Of a DNA stretch of 32,000 bases, positions 1 through 8,860 are shown one piece after another. Within the stretch, counting starts at the first letter, position 1. Each line of letters begins with the position of its first letter. The stretch lies in NCBI RefSeq assembly GCF_000039765.1, contig NC_004459.3:2301127-2333126 (forward strand). The letters are read 5' to 3'. This DNA is from Vibrio vulnificus CMCP6 (GTDB lineage: Bacteria > Pseudomonadota > Gammaproteobacteria > Enterobacterales > Vibrionaceae). The translations under genes and the position numbers were made by a program. The notes beneath the pieces are model-generated. The model did no database searches. It was not told the origin of the DNA and saw nothing but the letters and a program-made list of their open reading frames with translations.

Positions 1-3
1 GGC

Positions 4-1974
4 ATGTCAGGTGAACAGGTGGCTTATTTGCAAACCACGGAGCTGCGTGTTCACTATTTGAAAGGGCATCGGCTCTTTTTGTACCTTATTGGCATTGTGG
101 TGTTGGTTGCGGGCTTGATCGCCTTAGCGACATTTATGCTGTTTAAAAAACGTGTCTCCACTCGATTTGCCGATTTTGAACAAAGTGTCATGCAGTTGTT
201 CTCGAAATATCAGTTGGATGATCTCTCTAATCGACGCACGGATGAACTTGAACGCATTACTCAATTAGTCGAAGTGCTGGCCGAGAATACCTCCTTAACG
301 CAAGATAAGTTGCAGGACACACTGCAAAAATTTGACGCACTCTATCAACATCGCTCAATGGGCATGTTGTTAGTGGTGGACAAAGAAATCATCGACATCA
401 ATCAGGCGGCCTTAGAATTACTCGGTTATCAGAAAGGTGATTTAGTACACCAAGAGCTCAACGTGTTGTGTAAAGTGGACGAGAATCAACCTGAGTGCAA
501 GGTCGATCAAATGTACCAAGCGTTGTCAAATGGGGTCACACAGTTTGAAGCCACGATGCTCACTCGAGAAGGGCAAGAAATTGAATGTTTGATTGATGTG
601 AATCTCATTCATCATGAAAACCAACAAGCACTCATGCTTTCTGTTAGTGACATGAGTGAACAGAAGAAACAAGCGCGAATGATCAAAGATTTGGTTGGTC
701 GAGACCCAGTGTCAGGTTTGTATAATCGCCCGGCTATCCTTGCGCGTTTGGATGACCTTATCCAACATCAGCCTAACCAATTCTCCTTCCTTTATATTTC
801 CATCGACAGATTGAAACAGGTGTCAGAAGTGTATGGTCATCTCATTTTTGATGACACGATTAACTATATTGCTGCGGTGTTTGGGGCGGAGTTAAGGCCG
901 TTTGAAGTGGGCCGGATTAGTGAATTTGAATTTATCGCCATAATTGAAGACGTTGAACAGTGTGATGATGCGATCCAGTGTGCGACTCATTTTATGGATG
1001 TACTTTCGCGTAAAACACACATCTTAGGCATCGAGTTGGACTTGAGCTGTCAGATTGCCATCGCCGATCCTGAAATCACCCACCACTCGCTTGGCTATTT
1101 GTTGCAATCGGGCTCTTTTGCGGTGCAGAGATTCCAGCACAAAGCGGTGACAGAGGTGATACAAATTGGCGCGGATGTAGCGAAGCGGGCGCAAAGTGCT
1201 CTGGTGATCAGCCGAGATATTTCTCAGGCTATTCGAGACAAAGCGATCATTGCTCACTATCAACCGATAGTGGATACAGAAAGTGGCAAGGTCAATGGCT
1301 TTGAAGCCTTAGCACGCTGGATTCACCCAGAGCTGGGGTTTGTTCCGCCAGATGTGTTTATTGAGCTCGCAGAGCAGCACCAATTGATCGTAGAGCTTGG
1401 CGAGTCCATTCTTCGTCAGGCGTGCCAATTTATATCCACGCTTAATCGCACTCGAGCGGACAACGGATTGAACCCTTTAACGGTGCATGTCAATTTGAGT
1501 GCGATGCACTTTTACCACGCGCGCTTGCCAGACGCACTACGTCATGTCATGGACGAGTTTGACATTGCTCCGGGTCAGTTGGTGATTGAGATTACAGAAA
1601 GCACGTTACTTGGCATTGAGTCAGAGACGTTGGAGCGAACCAAAGAGATCAAGTCACTTGGAATTCAACTGGCATTGGATGATTTCGGCACGGGCTATTC
1701 CTCTTTTAGTACGCTTTGTTCCTTCCCACTCGACATCGTGAAACTGGATAAATCGTACATCGATCAGTTGGAGAACAACGATAGAGCGAGAACACTCATT
1801 CGCAGTATCGCGTCCATGGCAAAAGAGCTCGGTTTAACCACCGTAGCCGAAGGCGTGGAAACCGCCAGCCAATTACGTAAACTCAAAATTTGGCACGTAG
1901 ACGAAATCCAAGGCTACTATTTTTATAGGCCCATGCCGGAATCGGAGGCGCTGAAGGCGTTTGATCGACAGTAA
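4..1974 (+). CDS. Membrane-anchored PAS / degenerate-GGDEF / EAL protein (predicted c-di-GMP phosphodiesterase)
   Basis: 656-aa ORF with an N-terminal hydrophobic helix (LFLYLIGIVVLVAGLIALATFMLF) and a PAS-like segment. The GGDEF-fold region (SGLYNR...ISIDRLKQVSEVYGH) carries SEFEF in place of the signature (GRISEFEFIAII). EAL signatures are intact (FEALARW, EITES, DDFGTGYSS, KLDKS, EGVET, QGYYF). The ATG is 3 nt from the window edge, so a longer N-terminus cannot be excluded. Confidence 0.85.
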   Translation: MSGEQVAYLQTTELRVHYLKGHRLFLYLIGIVVLVAGLIALATFMLFKKRVSTRFADFEQSVMQLFSKYQLDDLSNRRTDELERITQLVEVLAENTSLTQDKLQDTLQKFDALYQHRSMGMLLVVDKEIIDINQAALELLGYQKGDLVHQELNVLCKVDENQPECKVDQMYQALSNGVTQFEATMLTREGQEIECLIDVNLIHHENQQALMLSVSDMSEQKKQARMIKDLVGRDPVSGLYNRPAILARLDDLIQHQPNQFSFLYISIDRLKQVSEVYGHLIFDDTINYIAAVFGAELRPFEVGRISEFEFIAIIEDVEQCDDAIQCATHFMDVLSRKTHILGIELDLSCQIAIADPEITHHSLGYLLQSGSFAVQRFQHKAVTEVIQIGADVAKRAQSALVISRDISQAIRDKAIIAHYQPIVDTESGKVNGFEALARWIHPELGFVPPDVFIELAEQHQLIVELGESILRQACQFISTLNRTRADNGLNPLTVHVNLSAMHFYHARLPDALRHVMDEFDIAPGQLVIEITESTLLGIESETLERTKEIKSLGIQLALDDFGTGYSSFSTLCSFPLDIVKLDKSYIDQLENNDRARTLIRSIASMAKELGLTTVAEGVETASQLRKLKIWHVDEIQGYYFYRPMPESEALKAFDRQ

Positions 1975-2132
1975 GCGTTCTGCTTTGGGGTTTATGCAAT
2001 GGGTATCTATGCAATGAGCGTCTAACTGAGGCAGAGGGTTTCCAAAACGGAAAAGACTCTTTCTTGGTTTTTCAATAGTGGAAATTATCAATTAGGGCTA
2101 GACTGCTGAAAACTCTTCAGGATTTCTCTTTT

Positions 2133-3692
2133 ATGAGCAACAGTTTAGCCCTCAATACCGACCGTTTTCGCCAAATTATCAATGATCCGAAACTGACGGT
2201 TAAGCAGAAAAACCAATTTCTCGCATTAGAAGCGGAAGCTTTACTTGATTACATGCCTGTTTCCGATGGCGTGCAGTCTGCGATGAAGCAGGGAGTTATC
2301 TGCGACATGTTTGAGGGCAACGCGCCATTTAAACCGCGCTACGTGTTGCCAGACTATGCTCGTTACCTCTCCCAAGGCAGTGCTTTTCTCGAATTAGACG
2401 CCGCGAACGATTTTGATGACGCCCTCAATATGTTGACGGTGCTTTACCATCACGTTCCTTCCGTCACCAATATTCCGGTGTATCTTGGTCAACTCGATGA
2501 GTTGCTCATGCCCTATGTTGGTCAACTGAGCGATACGCAGATTTATCAGAAGCTCAGACGCTTTTGGATCATGTTGGATCGCACGCTGCCTGATGCATTT
2601 ATGCACGCCAATATTGGACCGAGTGATAACCTCATCTGCCGCACAATTTTGCGTATTGATGCTGAACTCAAGCAAATTGCACCGAATTTAACCTTTATGT
2701 ACGACCCTAAGGTCACGCCGGATGATCTGCTCAGAGTGGCTTGTGCCAACATTTGTGAGTGCAGTAAACCGCATATCGCCAATTACCCTATGCATGCGCA
2801 AACATACGGCGATAAGCAGTTTGGTATCGTCAGTTGTTACAACTCGTTGCCATTGGCCGGTGGTGCAAACACCTTAGTGCGTTTAAACCTTAAAGAAGTG
2901 GCCCAGCGCGCTGAGTCGGTAAGTGATTTTATGCAGGCCGTGTTGCCAAGTTATGTGGATCTCGCCATTGAACTTATTGATGCGCGAACCACGTATTTGC
3001 ATGAACAGTCGGGATTTTTTACTAGCTTCTTGGTTGAAGAAAAACTGATTGATGAACAGCGTTTTGCGCCTATGTTTGGTATTTATGGTATGGCGGAAGC
3101 GGTTGACACGTTACAAACGAAATCGTCGTTATCAGGTCAATATGGGCTCGATTCACAAGCCAATCAGTTGGGTGTAAAGATTTCACAGAGACTGGCTCAA
3201 TTGCTTGAAGAGCGGCCAGTCAAATATGGTTGGCAACAACGCGCACTGCTGCATGCTCAGGGAGGCATTAGCTTAGATATTGATGTGACGCCGGGAGTGA
3301 GAATCGCCTATGGGCATGAGCCCGATCCGGTGAGCTATGTGTTGGCAAACGCGCCGCATCATGCCTTCTATCCATCGGGTATCAGCGATATTTTGACCAT
3401 CGATGAAACGGTCAAAGATAACCCGGAGGCGATGTATAACCTTTGTAAAGGCGCCTTAGCCGCCGGTTACCGAGAGTTTACCGCCAATGTTGCAAGCAAC
3501 GATTTGGTGCGAGTAACGGGTTACATGGTCAAGCTGTCAGACATTGAGAAGTTTGCTCAATTGGGCTCGCGCAGCAACACCACCTTCTTAGGTGCTGAAG
3601 CAGCAAAAAATACCGCAATACTCGCGCGACGTCCGCGTATCGTGAGTATGGAAACAACGCCTGTGTATCAAGAGCAGGCAGAATGTAACTGA
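2133..3692 (+). CDS. yjjI: YjjI-family glycyl radical enzyme (function unknown)
   Basis: 519 aa. It is recognisably collinear with E. coli YjjI as I remember it (QKNxFLALEAE, VICDMFEGxAPxKPRYVLPDYARxL, LYHHVPSVT, DAFMHANIGPSD, CECSKPHIAN, VSCYNSLPLAGG). A C-terminal glycyl-radical fingerprint is present (DLVRVTGYMVKLSD). It sits 8 nt upstream of its activase. Confidence 0.85.
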   Translation: MSNSLALNTDRFRQIINDPKLTVKQKNQFLALEAEALLDYMPVSDGVQSAMKQGVICDMFEGNAPFKPRYVLPDYARYLSQGSAFLELDAANDFDDALNMLTVLYHHVPSVTNIPVYLGQLDELLMPYVGQLSDTQIYQKLRRFWIMLDRTLPDAFMHANIGPSDNLICRTILRIDAELKQIAPNLTFMYDPKVTPDDLLRVACANICECSKPHIANYPMHAQTYGDKQFGIVSCYNSLPLAGGANTLVRLNLKEVAQRAESVSDFMQAVLPSYVDLAIELIDARTTYLHEQSGFFTSFLVEEKLIDEQRFAPMFGIYGMAEAVDTLQTKSSLSGQYGLDSQANQLGVKISQRLAQLLEERPVKYGWQQRALLHAQGGISLDIDVTPGVRIAYGHEPDPVSYVLANAPHHAFYPSGISDILTIDETVKDNPEAMYNLCKGALAAGYREFTANVASNDLVRVTGYMVKLSDIEKFAQLGSRSNTTFLGAEAAKNTAILARRPRIVSMETTPVYQEQAECN

Positions 3693-3700
3693 ACATCAAA

Positions 3701-4594
3701 ATGTCAGCTGTTCAGTTCAACAAGAAAGGGAAAGTGAGTCGAGTACTGCCTTTCTCTTGCGTTGATGGGCCGGGGAATCGCCTGGTGATTTTTTTGCAGG
3801 GATGTAATTTCAACTGCTTAAACTGTCACAATCCTCACACAATTAACCACTGCAACCATTGTGGTGACTGTGTGACAACGTGTCCTTCAGGCGCCCTAAT
3901 AAAGAAAAACAACAACGTTGTTTGGCTAGAAGAGGTTTGCACCCACTGCGATCGTTGTCTTGAAACTTGTTCGTATCGCTCGAATCCAAAAATAAAAGAG
4001 TGGACGGTTTTAGACATGATCGATTTGATCCGTAAACATCACCTGTTTATCGATGGTGTCACCGTGTCCGGTGGGGAAGCAACCCTACAACTTGGCTTTA
4101 TTGTCGAGTTATTCAAAGCGATAAAACAAGACGTTGAATTGGCACATTTAAGCTGTTTCATCGACAGTAATGGTTCACTAACAACTCATGGCTGGGTAAA
4201 AATTGCCCCCTATCTCGACGGTGCGATGATTGACCTGAAAGCATGGCAATCCGAAACGCATCGTTGGTTAGTGGGTCGAGATAATCATAGAGTCATATTG
4301 TCGATAAAATATCTTGTTGAACTGGGCAAGCTGCATGAAGTTCGTCTGCTGCACATCCCCGAAAAAAGCGATCTCGCGTGTGAAGTGGAGGCGTTAGCTC
4401 AGTTTCTCAATACGTTGCCTGAGCGGGTCACGATTCGCCTCAATGGCTTTGCTCACCACGGTGTGATAGGCGAGGCATTGAACTGGCCTGTTTGTGATAG
4501 AGAGTCGATGAACGGCTTCTATCAGGCGTTGAAACGCAAAATCCGACATCGGATCGCCTTACCGAAAACGCCGCTCTATCGAGACATTGCTTAG
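3701..4594 (+). CDS. yjjW: YjjW-family glycyl-radical enzyme activating protein (radical SAM)
   Basis: 297 aa. N-terminal activase motif VDGPGNRLVIFLQGCNFNCLNCHN contains the CX3CX2C radical-SAM cluster. Two ferredoxin-like Cys clusters follow (CNHCGDCVTTCP and CTHCDRCLETC), then the GGE SAM-binding motif (VTVSGGEATLQ). The 8-nt gap to yjjI implies an operon. Confidence 0.85.
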   Translation: MSAVQFNKKGKVSRVLPFSCVDGPGNRLVIFLQGCNFNCLNCHNPHTINHCNHCGDCVTTCPSGALIKKNNNVVWLEEVCTHCDRCLETCSYRSNPKIKEWTVLDMIDLIRKHHLFIDGVTVSGGEATLQLGFIVELFKAIKQDVELAHLSCFIDSNGSLTTHGWVKIAPYLDGAMIDLKAWQSETHRWLVGRDNHRVILSIKYLVELGKLHEVRLLHIPEKSDLACEVEALAQFLNTLPERVTIRLNGFAHHGVIGEALNWPVCDRESMNGFYQALKRKIRHRIALPKTPLYRDIA

Positions 4595-4606
4595 TCGTTG
4601 AAACGG

Positions 4607-5524
4607 CTACTTCTCATTGAGTTGATGAAGCTGGCTTTTTAACCAAGTCAGCGCCGGATCATTCAAACTCTGTTTGTTATACACCAAGCTATACGCCACT
4701 TGGCCATAGTCAAACGGCAAGCTCTTCTGAATAAGCCCTTTGGCTTGTAAAGCCGTCTCTGCCCACAGTTTTGAGCAAGTAAAAAGCAATGGGGTACGAT
4801 GGCACATCACTGCCGCCGCGCCAAAATCTGCGACCGAAAGGGCGATCTCACGTGCTTTATGGCTCTGAATCAAGGTTTGCTCGAAGTAGGGTGTCGCCAA
4901 CTCTTTGTCGTGAATGCCAATGTGTTGGAATGACAGGTAATCCTCGATGGTAAAGTCGGTTTGCTGCGCCGGATGTGCCTTATTCATTAAGCAGATCATC
5001 TCGTCGCGTTTGATTGTATGCCAAATCAACTCACGGTTCATGGTTGGAGGCTGGCTAATGTCGTGGGGCAACAGAATAAAATCAACCTGGCCGCGTAGCA
5101 AAGCCTCAAAGCCATGCTGCTCCTTAGCGTATATATGAAGATGCGCTTTGGGGGTTTGTTGGAGGATCTGGCTGAACGTGTCAGCAAACACTTCAAAGGT
5201 ACTTTCACGCATGGAGAGTGAGAAGGTCCCAGTGTATGAGTTTGCGTCAAATGTGCCTTGGTGAATCACCCCGTTCATACTGGAAAGAATGCCGTGAATG
5301 GCAGGACCGATGCTCAGTGCATAAGAGGTGGGGATCAGTTGGGTTCCATCGCGATAAAAGAGTTCATCGTTTAGCACACTGCGTAACTGAGACAAAATCT
5401 TGCTTACACAAGAGGGGGTGACGCAAAGTTGCTCCGCCGCGCTTGTCACGCTGTGAGTGGTTAACAAAACGTGCAAAACGGTTAAATGCTTAAGGCTAAT
5501 TCGAGAAAGAGAAATGTAATCCAT
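4607..5524 (-). CDS. LysR-family transcriptional regulator
   Basis: 305 aa with an N-terminal wHTH (LKHLTVLHVLLTTHSVTSAAEQLCVTPSCVSKILSQLRSVLNDELFYRDG) followed by a LysR substrate-binding-type domain. It is convergent with yjjW with only a 12-nt gap. Confidence 0.85.
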   Translation of the reverse strand: MDYISLSRISLKHLTVLHVLLTTHSVTSAAEQLCVTPSCVSKILSQLRSVLNDELFYRDGTQLIPTSYALSIGPAIHGILSSMNGVIHQGTFDANSYTGTFSLSMRESTFEVFADTFSQILQQTPKAHLHIYAKEQHGFEALLRGQVDFILLPHDISQPPTMNRELIWHTIKRDEMICLMNKAHPAQQTDFTIEDYLSFQHIGIHDKELATPYFEQTLIQSHKAREIALSVADFGAAAVMCHRTPLLFTCSKLWAETALQAKGLIQKSLPFDYGQVAYSLVYNKQSLNDPALTWLKSQLHQLNEK

Positions 5525-5605
5525 AAAATGTGTTTCAACTCAGCGTTTCATGGATTACACCACATTTTCATGGGGAAACAAGCGTTGTTGGTGGGAGATG
5601 TTGCC

Positions 5606-5648
5606 AACAAAAAGAAAAACCGTGACTTATTCGCACTAAGTCACGGTT
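5606..5648 (-). terminator. Rho-independent terminator of the lipoprotein gene
   Basis: On the minus strand, an 11-bp stem ACCGTGACTTA / TAAGTCACGGT (5619-5629 / 5637-5647) with a 7-nt loop is followed by TTTTTCTTTTTGTT. It lies 20 nt after the stop at 5668. Confidence 0.65.
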
Positions 5649-5667
5649 AATTCAGCAATGATCCGGT

Positions 5668-6627
5668 TTATGGGGCTGGTACAAAGTCAATTGTGCCATT
5701 TTCTCCTGCTGCTAACGTGATGGTGCCGACTTGCCCTGTGGGTAATGGAATTGCGGTACCATCATATTGAATGGGGTTGTCATCCCCAGCGTTACAACTG
5801 AATGCAACGGTATAAGTCCCTGCATTTAGGAAACCAAATGCGTAGTTATTGTTTTCATCCAAACCTGCCGATGCAATGGGTTTTACCGCGTTTTCTGGGA
5901 CAGGATTCTGACTGTCGAATTCCGGGTCATCTTCATCCACCAAATCGATGAGATTGGCGCTATCGTGTCCCTCACCTTCATAGAGATAGATAAATGCTTG
6001 GCTGTCAGCCGTGCAACTTTCGTCCCCTGTCAGAAGGTTATCATCGACATTCACTGAGATACTCACTGCGGAAGCATTAGAAACAATAGAGACACCATGA
6101 GGCTTAAGAATGTAGCCATTGTTGCTGCCTAAATTGCCGCGCATCACTAAAGACTGGCGAAGGTCAAACTCAATAGTGTAGAGCTGTACGGCCTCAGAAG
6201 TGACATCGAAACTGCCTAACTTCAACTTGTTGCTCGGTTGTTTCAAAGGTTGTTGGCCATTTTCATCAATCACGTAATTGACCCCATTTTCATTCGTCAC
6301 ATGCAGTATCAGCTCTTTATAGCTGCCTACAGGGACCGGTTGCGTGCTGACCATCAATACGGAGTCGGTGCCTTGGTAATCAAGCAAGTCAATTTTTTGG
6401 TAATCCGCGCCAGTAGAAGGTACGACGTCAAGGAAAACAGAGTTGCCTTCGTTATCCACTAACTCAACCTGAGTGAAGCCCACGGAGACGGACTGAGCAC
6501 TGTCAACGGGTGCATCAGACACATAAAAAGAGACATTGGCGGTTTTGCCTCCGTCACTACCACCGCAGCCAGCTAAGAGTAGCGCTGCCGCGACAGAAGA
6601 AATTGCAGATTTAGTTAGTCCATTCAT
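5668..6627 (-). CDS. Secreted lipoprotein, DUF4382-like with C-terminal Ig/carboxypeptidase-regulatory-like fold
   Basis: 319 aa. Signal peptide plus lipobox (AAALLLAGC-GGSDGG). A VSFYVSDAPVD...V.VGFTQVELV pattern is typical of DUF4382 proteins. No catalytic motif was recognised. Confidence 0.7.
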   Translation of the reverse strand: MNGLTKSAISSVAAALLLAGCGGSDGGKTANVSFYVSDAPVDSAQSVSVGFTQVELVDNEGNSVFLDVVPSTGADYQKIDLLDYQGTDSVLMVSTQPVPVGSYKELILHVTNENGVNYVIDENGQQPLKQPSNKLKLGSFDVTSEAVQLYTIEFDLRQSLVMRGNLGSNNGYILKPHGVSIVSNASAVSISVNVDDNLLTGDESCTADSQAFIYLYEGEGHDSANLIDLVDEDDPEFDSQNPVPENAVKPIASAGLDENNNYAFGFLNAGTYTVAFSCNAGDDNPIQYDGTAIPLPTGQVGTITLAAGENGTIDFVPAP

Positions 6628-6852
6628 TACACATATCTCATTACAACTGATGATACTATCAATTATAGTCGTTATTTTTGAACGCGAATGTTCACTGCGT
6701 TAGGCGTGTGCAAGCATTTTGTCAATTTGTATCTTCGAAAATTATTAATTCATTTAATCAATACGATAAAGATATTTGTCTGTCTTCTTCCGCGGTTCAC
6801 CGTTATAAAGCCGAGCGCAAAAATGCGTTTTGAATTGTGCGGAATGAGCTGA

Positions 6853-7455
6853 ATGGAAAAGTTGATAGATGCGCTAATTACCCATGGTTATTACATTTGG
6901 GATGATTTTTTAGACTCGCAGTCCGTCGCGGATTTACGAGAAGCGATACCAGAAAACTGGAAGCAGGCGAGAATTGGCCGCAACGACGACTTGCTGAAAG
7001 CGACGAAGATTCGCAGCGACAAAATTCAATGGTTGCAAAGTCATCAGGGTGAGGCGGTTAATCATTATCTGGCACTCATGGATCACATACGGTTGCAGGT
7101 GAATCGCCATCTGTATTTAGGTTTATTTGAGTATGAAGCTCACTTTGCCAAATATGAGCCCGGAGATTTCTATCAAAAGCACTTAGACAGCTTTCAAGGG
7201 CAAGAAAACCGAAAACTTACGACCGTGTTTTACATGAATGAGGATTGGCAGCCGGGAGATGGCGGTGAATTACATCTGTACGATCTTCAGGACAATTTGT
7301 TAGAAATCATCGCGCCGAAGAGTGGGAGACTGGTTGTTTTTCTCTCGGAGTTGTTCCCCCACGAAGTGCTCACCAGCCATATAAATCGTTACAGTATTGC
7401 AGGGTGGTTTCGCATCAATGGCGTGCGGGACAATCTATTGGATATCTCCAAATAG
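6853..7455 (+). CDS. 2-oxoglutarate/Fe(II)-dependent oxygenase (prolyl-4-hydroxylase-like)
   Basis: 200 aa. HxD...H facial triad candidates are present (QKHLDSF; LFPHEVL), plus a distal RxS (NRYSIAGWF). Size and layout match small P4H-type 2OG oxygenases. Confidence 0.7.
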   Translation: MEKLIDALITHGYYIWDDFLDSQSVADLREAIPENWKQARIGRNDDLLKATKIRSDKIQWLQSHQGEAVNHYLALMDHIRLQVNRHLYLGLFEYEAHFAKYEPGDFYQKHLDSFQGQENRKLTTVFYMNEDWQPGDGGELHLYDLQDNLLEIIAPKSGRLVVFLSELFPHEVLTSHINRYSIAGWFRINGVRDNLLDISK

Positions 7456-7516
7456 GACATCGGTTACGCTCTGCACTGTGATGTGACCCAGTGTGCAACC
7501 CTGCCTATTTAAAATG

Positions 7517-7541
7517 AAAACCGCCTTTTGGCGGTTTTTTG
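7517..7541. terminator. Bidirectional rho-independent terminator between convergent genes
   Basis: AAAACCGCC-TTTT-GGCGGTTTTTT. The stem is perfect and flanked by an A-run and a T-run. It sits between the oxygenase stop (7455) and the HD-GYP stop (7574). Confidence 0.8.
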
Positions 7542-7573
7542 TCAAACGATTTTGCTGAAGAGAGCCGAGAAAA

Positions 7574-8842
7574 CTACTCACTGTCTTGAATGGACATTTG
7601 ATAGCAGCCATCTAAGTGACGCTTTAACGTACCAAAAACGGTTGGACACAGTTTGCCTTCATCCACCATTGCCGTCATCAAGGCTTCAATTTCATGTTGG
7701 GGCATTCTTGGACGATAGGGGCGATCTTGTGACAGTGCTTGAAAGACGTCGGCGACGGCAATAATTCTCGACGGCAGATCCAGATCGGTAGCCGTTTTGT
7801 GGTATGGATAACCAGAGCCGTCCAACCTTTCGTGGTGGTTGGATGCCCACTCAGCAATTTTTGAGTTGGGGAAGACTTTATGCAGAGCAAGCTCGGTATC
7901 GATGGTATGCCGTTTGATTCTTGTGTACTCCTGATCATTGAGTTTTCCTTGCTTATGAAGAATGTCATCAGGGGTTTTTAACTTGCCAATGTCGTGCACT
8001 AAGCCGGCAATAAAAATCATCTCTTGGTCATGTTCGCAAAGCGACATTTTTCCAGCGAGGAAGCGTGAGATTTCGGCGACTTTCTGTGAATGCTGATAAG
8101 TAAACGGGCTTTTGGCATCGACAATGCGAGCGAGAAAAAGCCCCAAGCTCATTAAGTCACCGATAGTGAGCTGTTTTTGCAGCCAATCGATATGTGAGAA
8201 GCCGAGTCCAATGGTTTCGATGTTTTCCGATTCCATTGCAAACCAGAAGCCGTCAGTCATGATAAGTTTTACCATCACGTCGCACATTCCAGGATGGAAG
8301 AGGCTACCCGCATTGGCCATGATGGTGTCGGCGATGGCTTGTTCATACAGCGTCACCATATCGCTATGACATTCATCGGTGAATTGAGCCCTTAGAAAAT
8401 CTAGGCGATCAGAAAGATACAAAAGTGCCGCGATGTCTTTGTTAAACGGGGAGACTTCTAAGGTTTCAAGCTCATCCCAACGAGTGTGGTGATACAAAAT
8501 TGACTCAGCAAACTGGGCCAGAATATTACACTGTTGCAAAGATTGATAACCACGAATGCAGTGGGCTTGCGCGTCTTGTGGCATCAGCGTCTCTAGCAGC
8601 ATTAAATGCTCTTTCGTTTCTGAGACGCCACAATCGTGCACCATTCCAGCAAAATAGCTGAACTCCGCTTTTTTTAAATCCCAACCCAGAGCAAGCGCAC
8701 ATTGGTAAGCGATGTAGGCGACACGGTGATTATGGTGAGTGTCATCGACTCCGACATAATCCAACGCACGTGCCACCCAAATCAGAGCCTGTTTGAGGTC
8801 TACTTCAAAATGAAGCGAGTCTGACTCACATGTATTGTTCAT
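7574..8842 (-). CDS. Tandem HD / HD-GYP domain cyclic-dinucleotide phosphodiesterase
   Basis: 422 aa. The C-terminal module has the full HD-GYP signature (HSQKV..., GLVHDIGKL, HHERLDGSGYPY, DVFQALSQDRPYR). The N-terminal module keeps HD-type metal ligands (HHNHRVAY, MVHDCGVS, YHHTRWDE) but has no GYP motif. Confidence 0.85.
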   Translation of the reverse strand: MNNTCESDSLHFEVDLKQALIWVARALDYVGVDDTHHNHRVAYIAYQCALALGWDLKKAEFSYFAGMVHDCGVSETKEHLMLLETLMPQDAQAHCIRGYQSLQQCNILAQFAESILYHHTRWDELETLEVSPFNKDIAALLYLSDRLDFLRAQFTDECHSDMVTLYEQAIADTIMANAGSLFHPGMCDVMVKLIMTDGFWFAMESENIETIGLGFSHIDWLQKQLTIGDLMSLGLFLARIVDAKSPFTYQHSQKVAEISRFLAGKMSLCEHDQEMIFIAGLVHDIGKLKTPDDILHKQGKLNDQEYTRIKRHTIDTELALHKVFPNSKIAEWASNHHERLDGSGYPYHKTATDLDLPSRIIAVADVFQALSQDRPYRPRMPQHEIEALMTAMVDEGKLCPTVFGTLKRHLDGCYQMSIQDSE

Positions 8843-8860
8843 TGATGTTCCGACATTACG

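Noticed and set aside
1024-1263. Short antisense or alternative-frame ORFs inside confirmed genes. Examples are 1024-1263, 2394-2782, 3835-4017, 4947-5421, 6238-6462, 7678-8369, 10147-10829, 11351-11969, 12692-12973, 13552-13873, 14485-15322, 15690-15899, 16139-16321, 16489-16846, 17184-17605, 17869-18893, 19977-20394, 22048-22974, 23721-24755, 24866-25757, 26607-26909, 27173-27583, 28929-29129 and 30116-31336.
   Set aside because: All overlap longer ORFs that carry recognisable family motifs. None has a convincing ribosome-binding site or a recognisable domain.
2078-2091. FNR/CRP-like half-site (GTGGAAATTATCAA) upstream of yjjI
   Set aside because: Only the ATCAA half matches TTGAT-N4-ATCAA, and the left half matches 2 of 5. 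That is too weak to call.
7528-7764. 78-aa plus-strand ORF starting in the bidirectional terminator
   Set aside because: It begins within the terminator hairpin and runs antisense through the 3' end of the HD-GYP gene. It has no SD.
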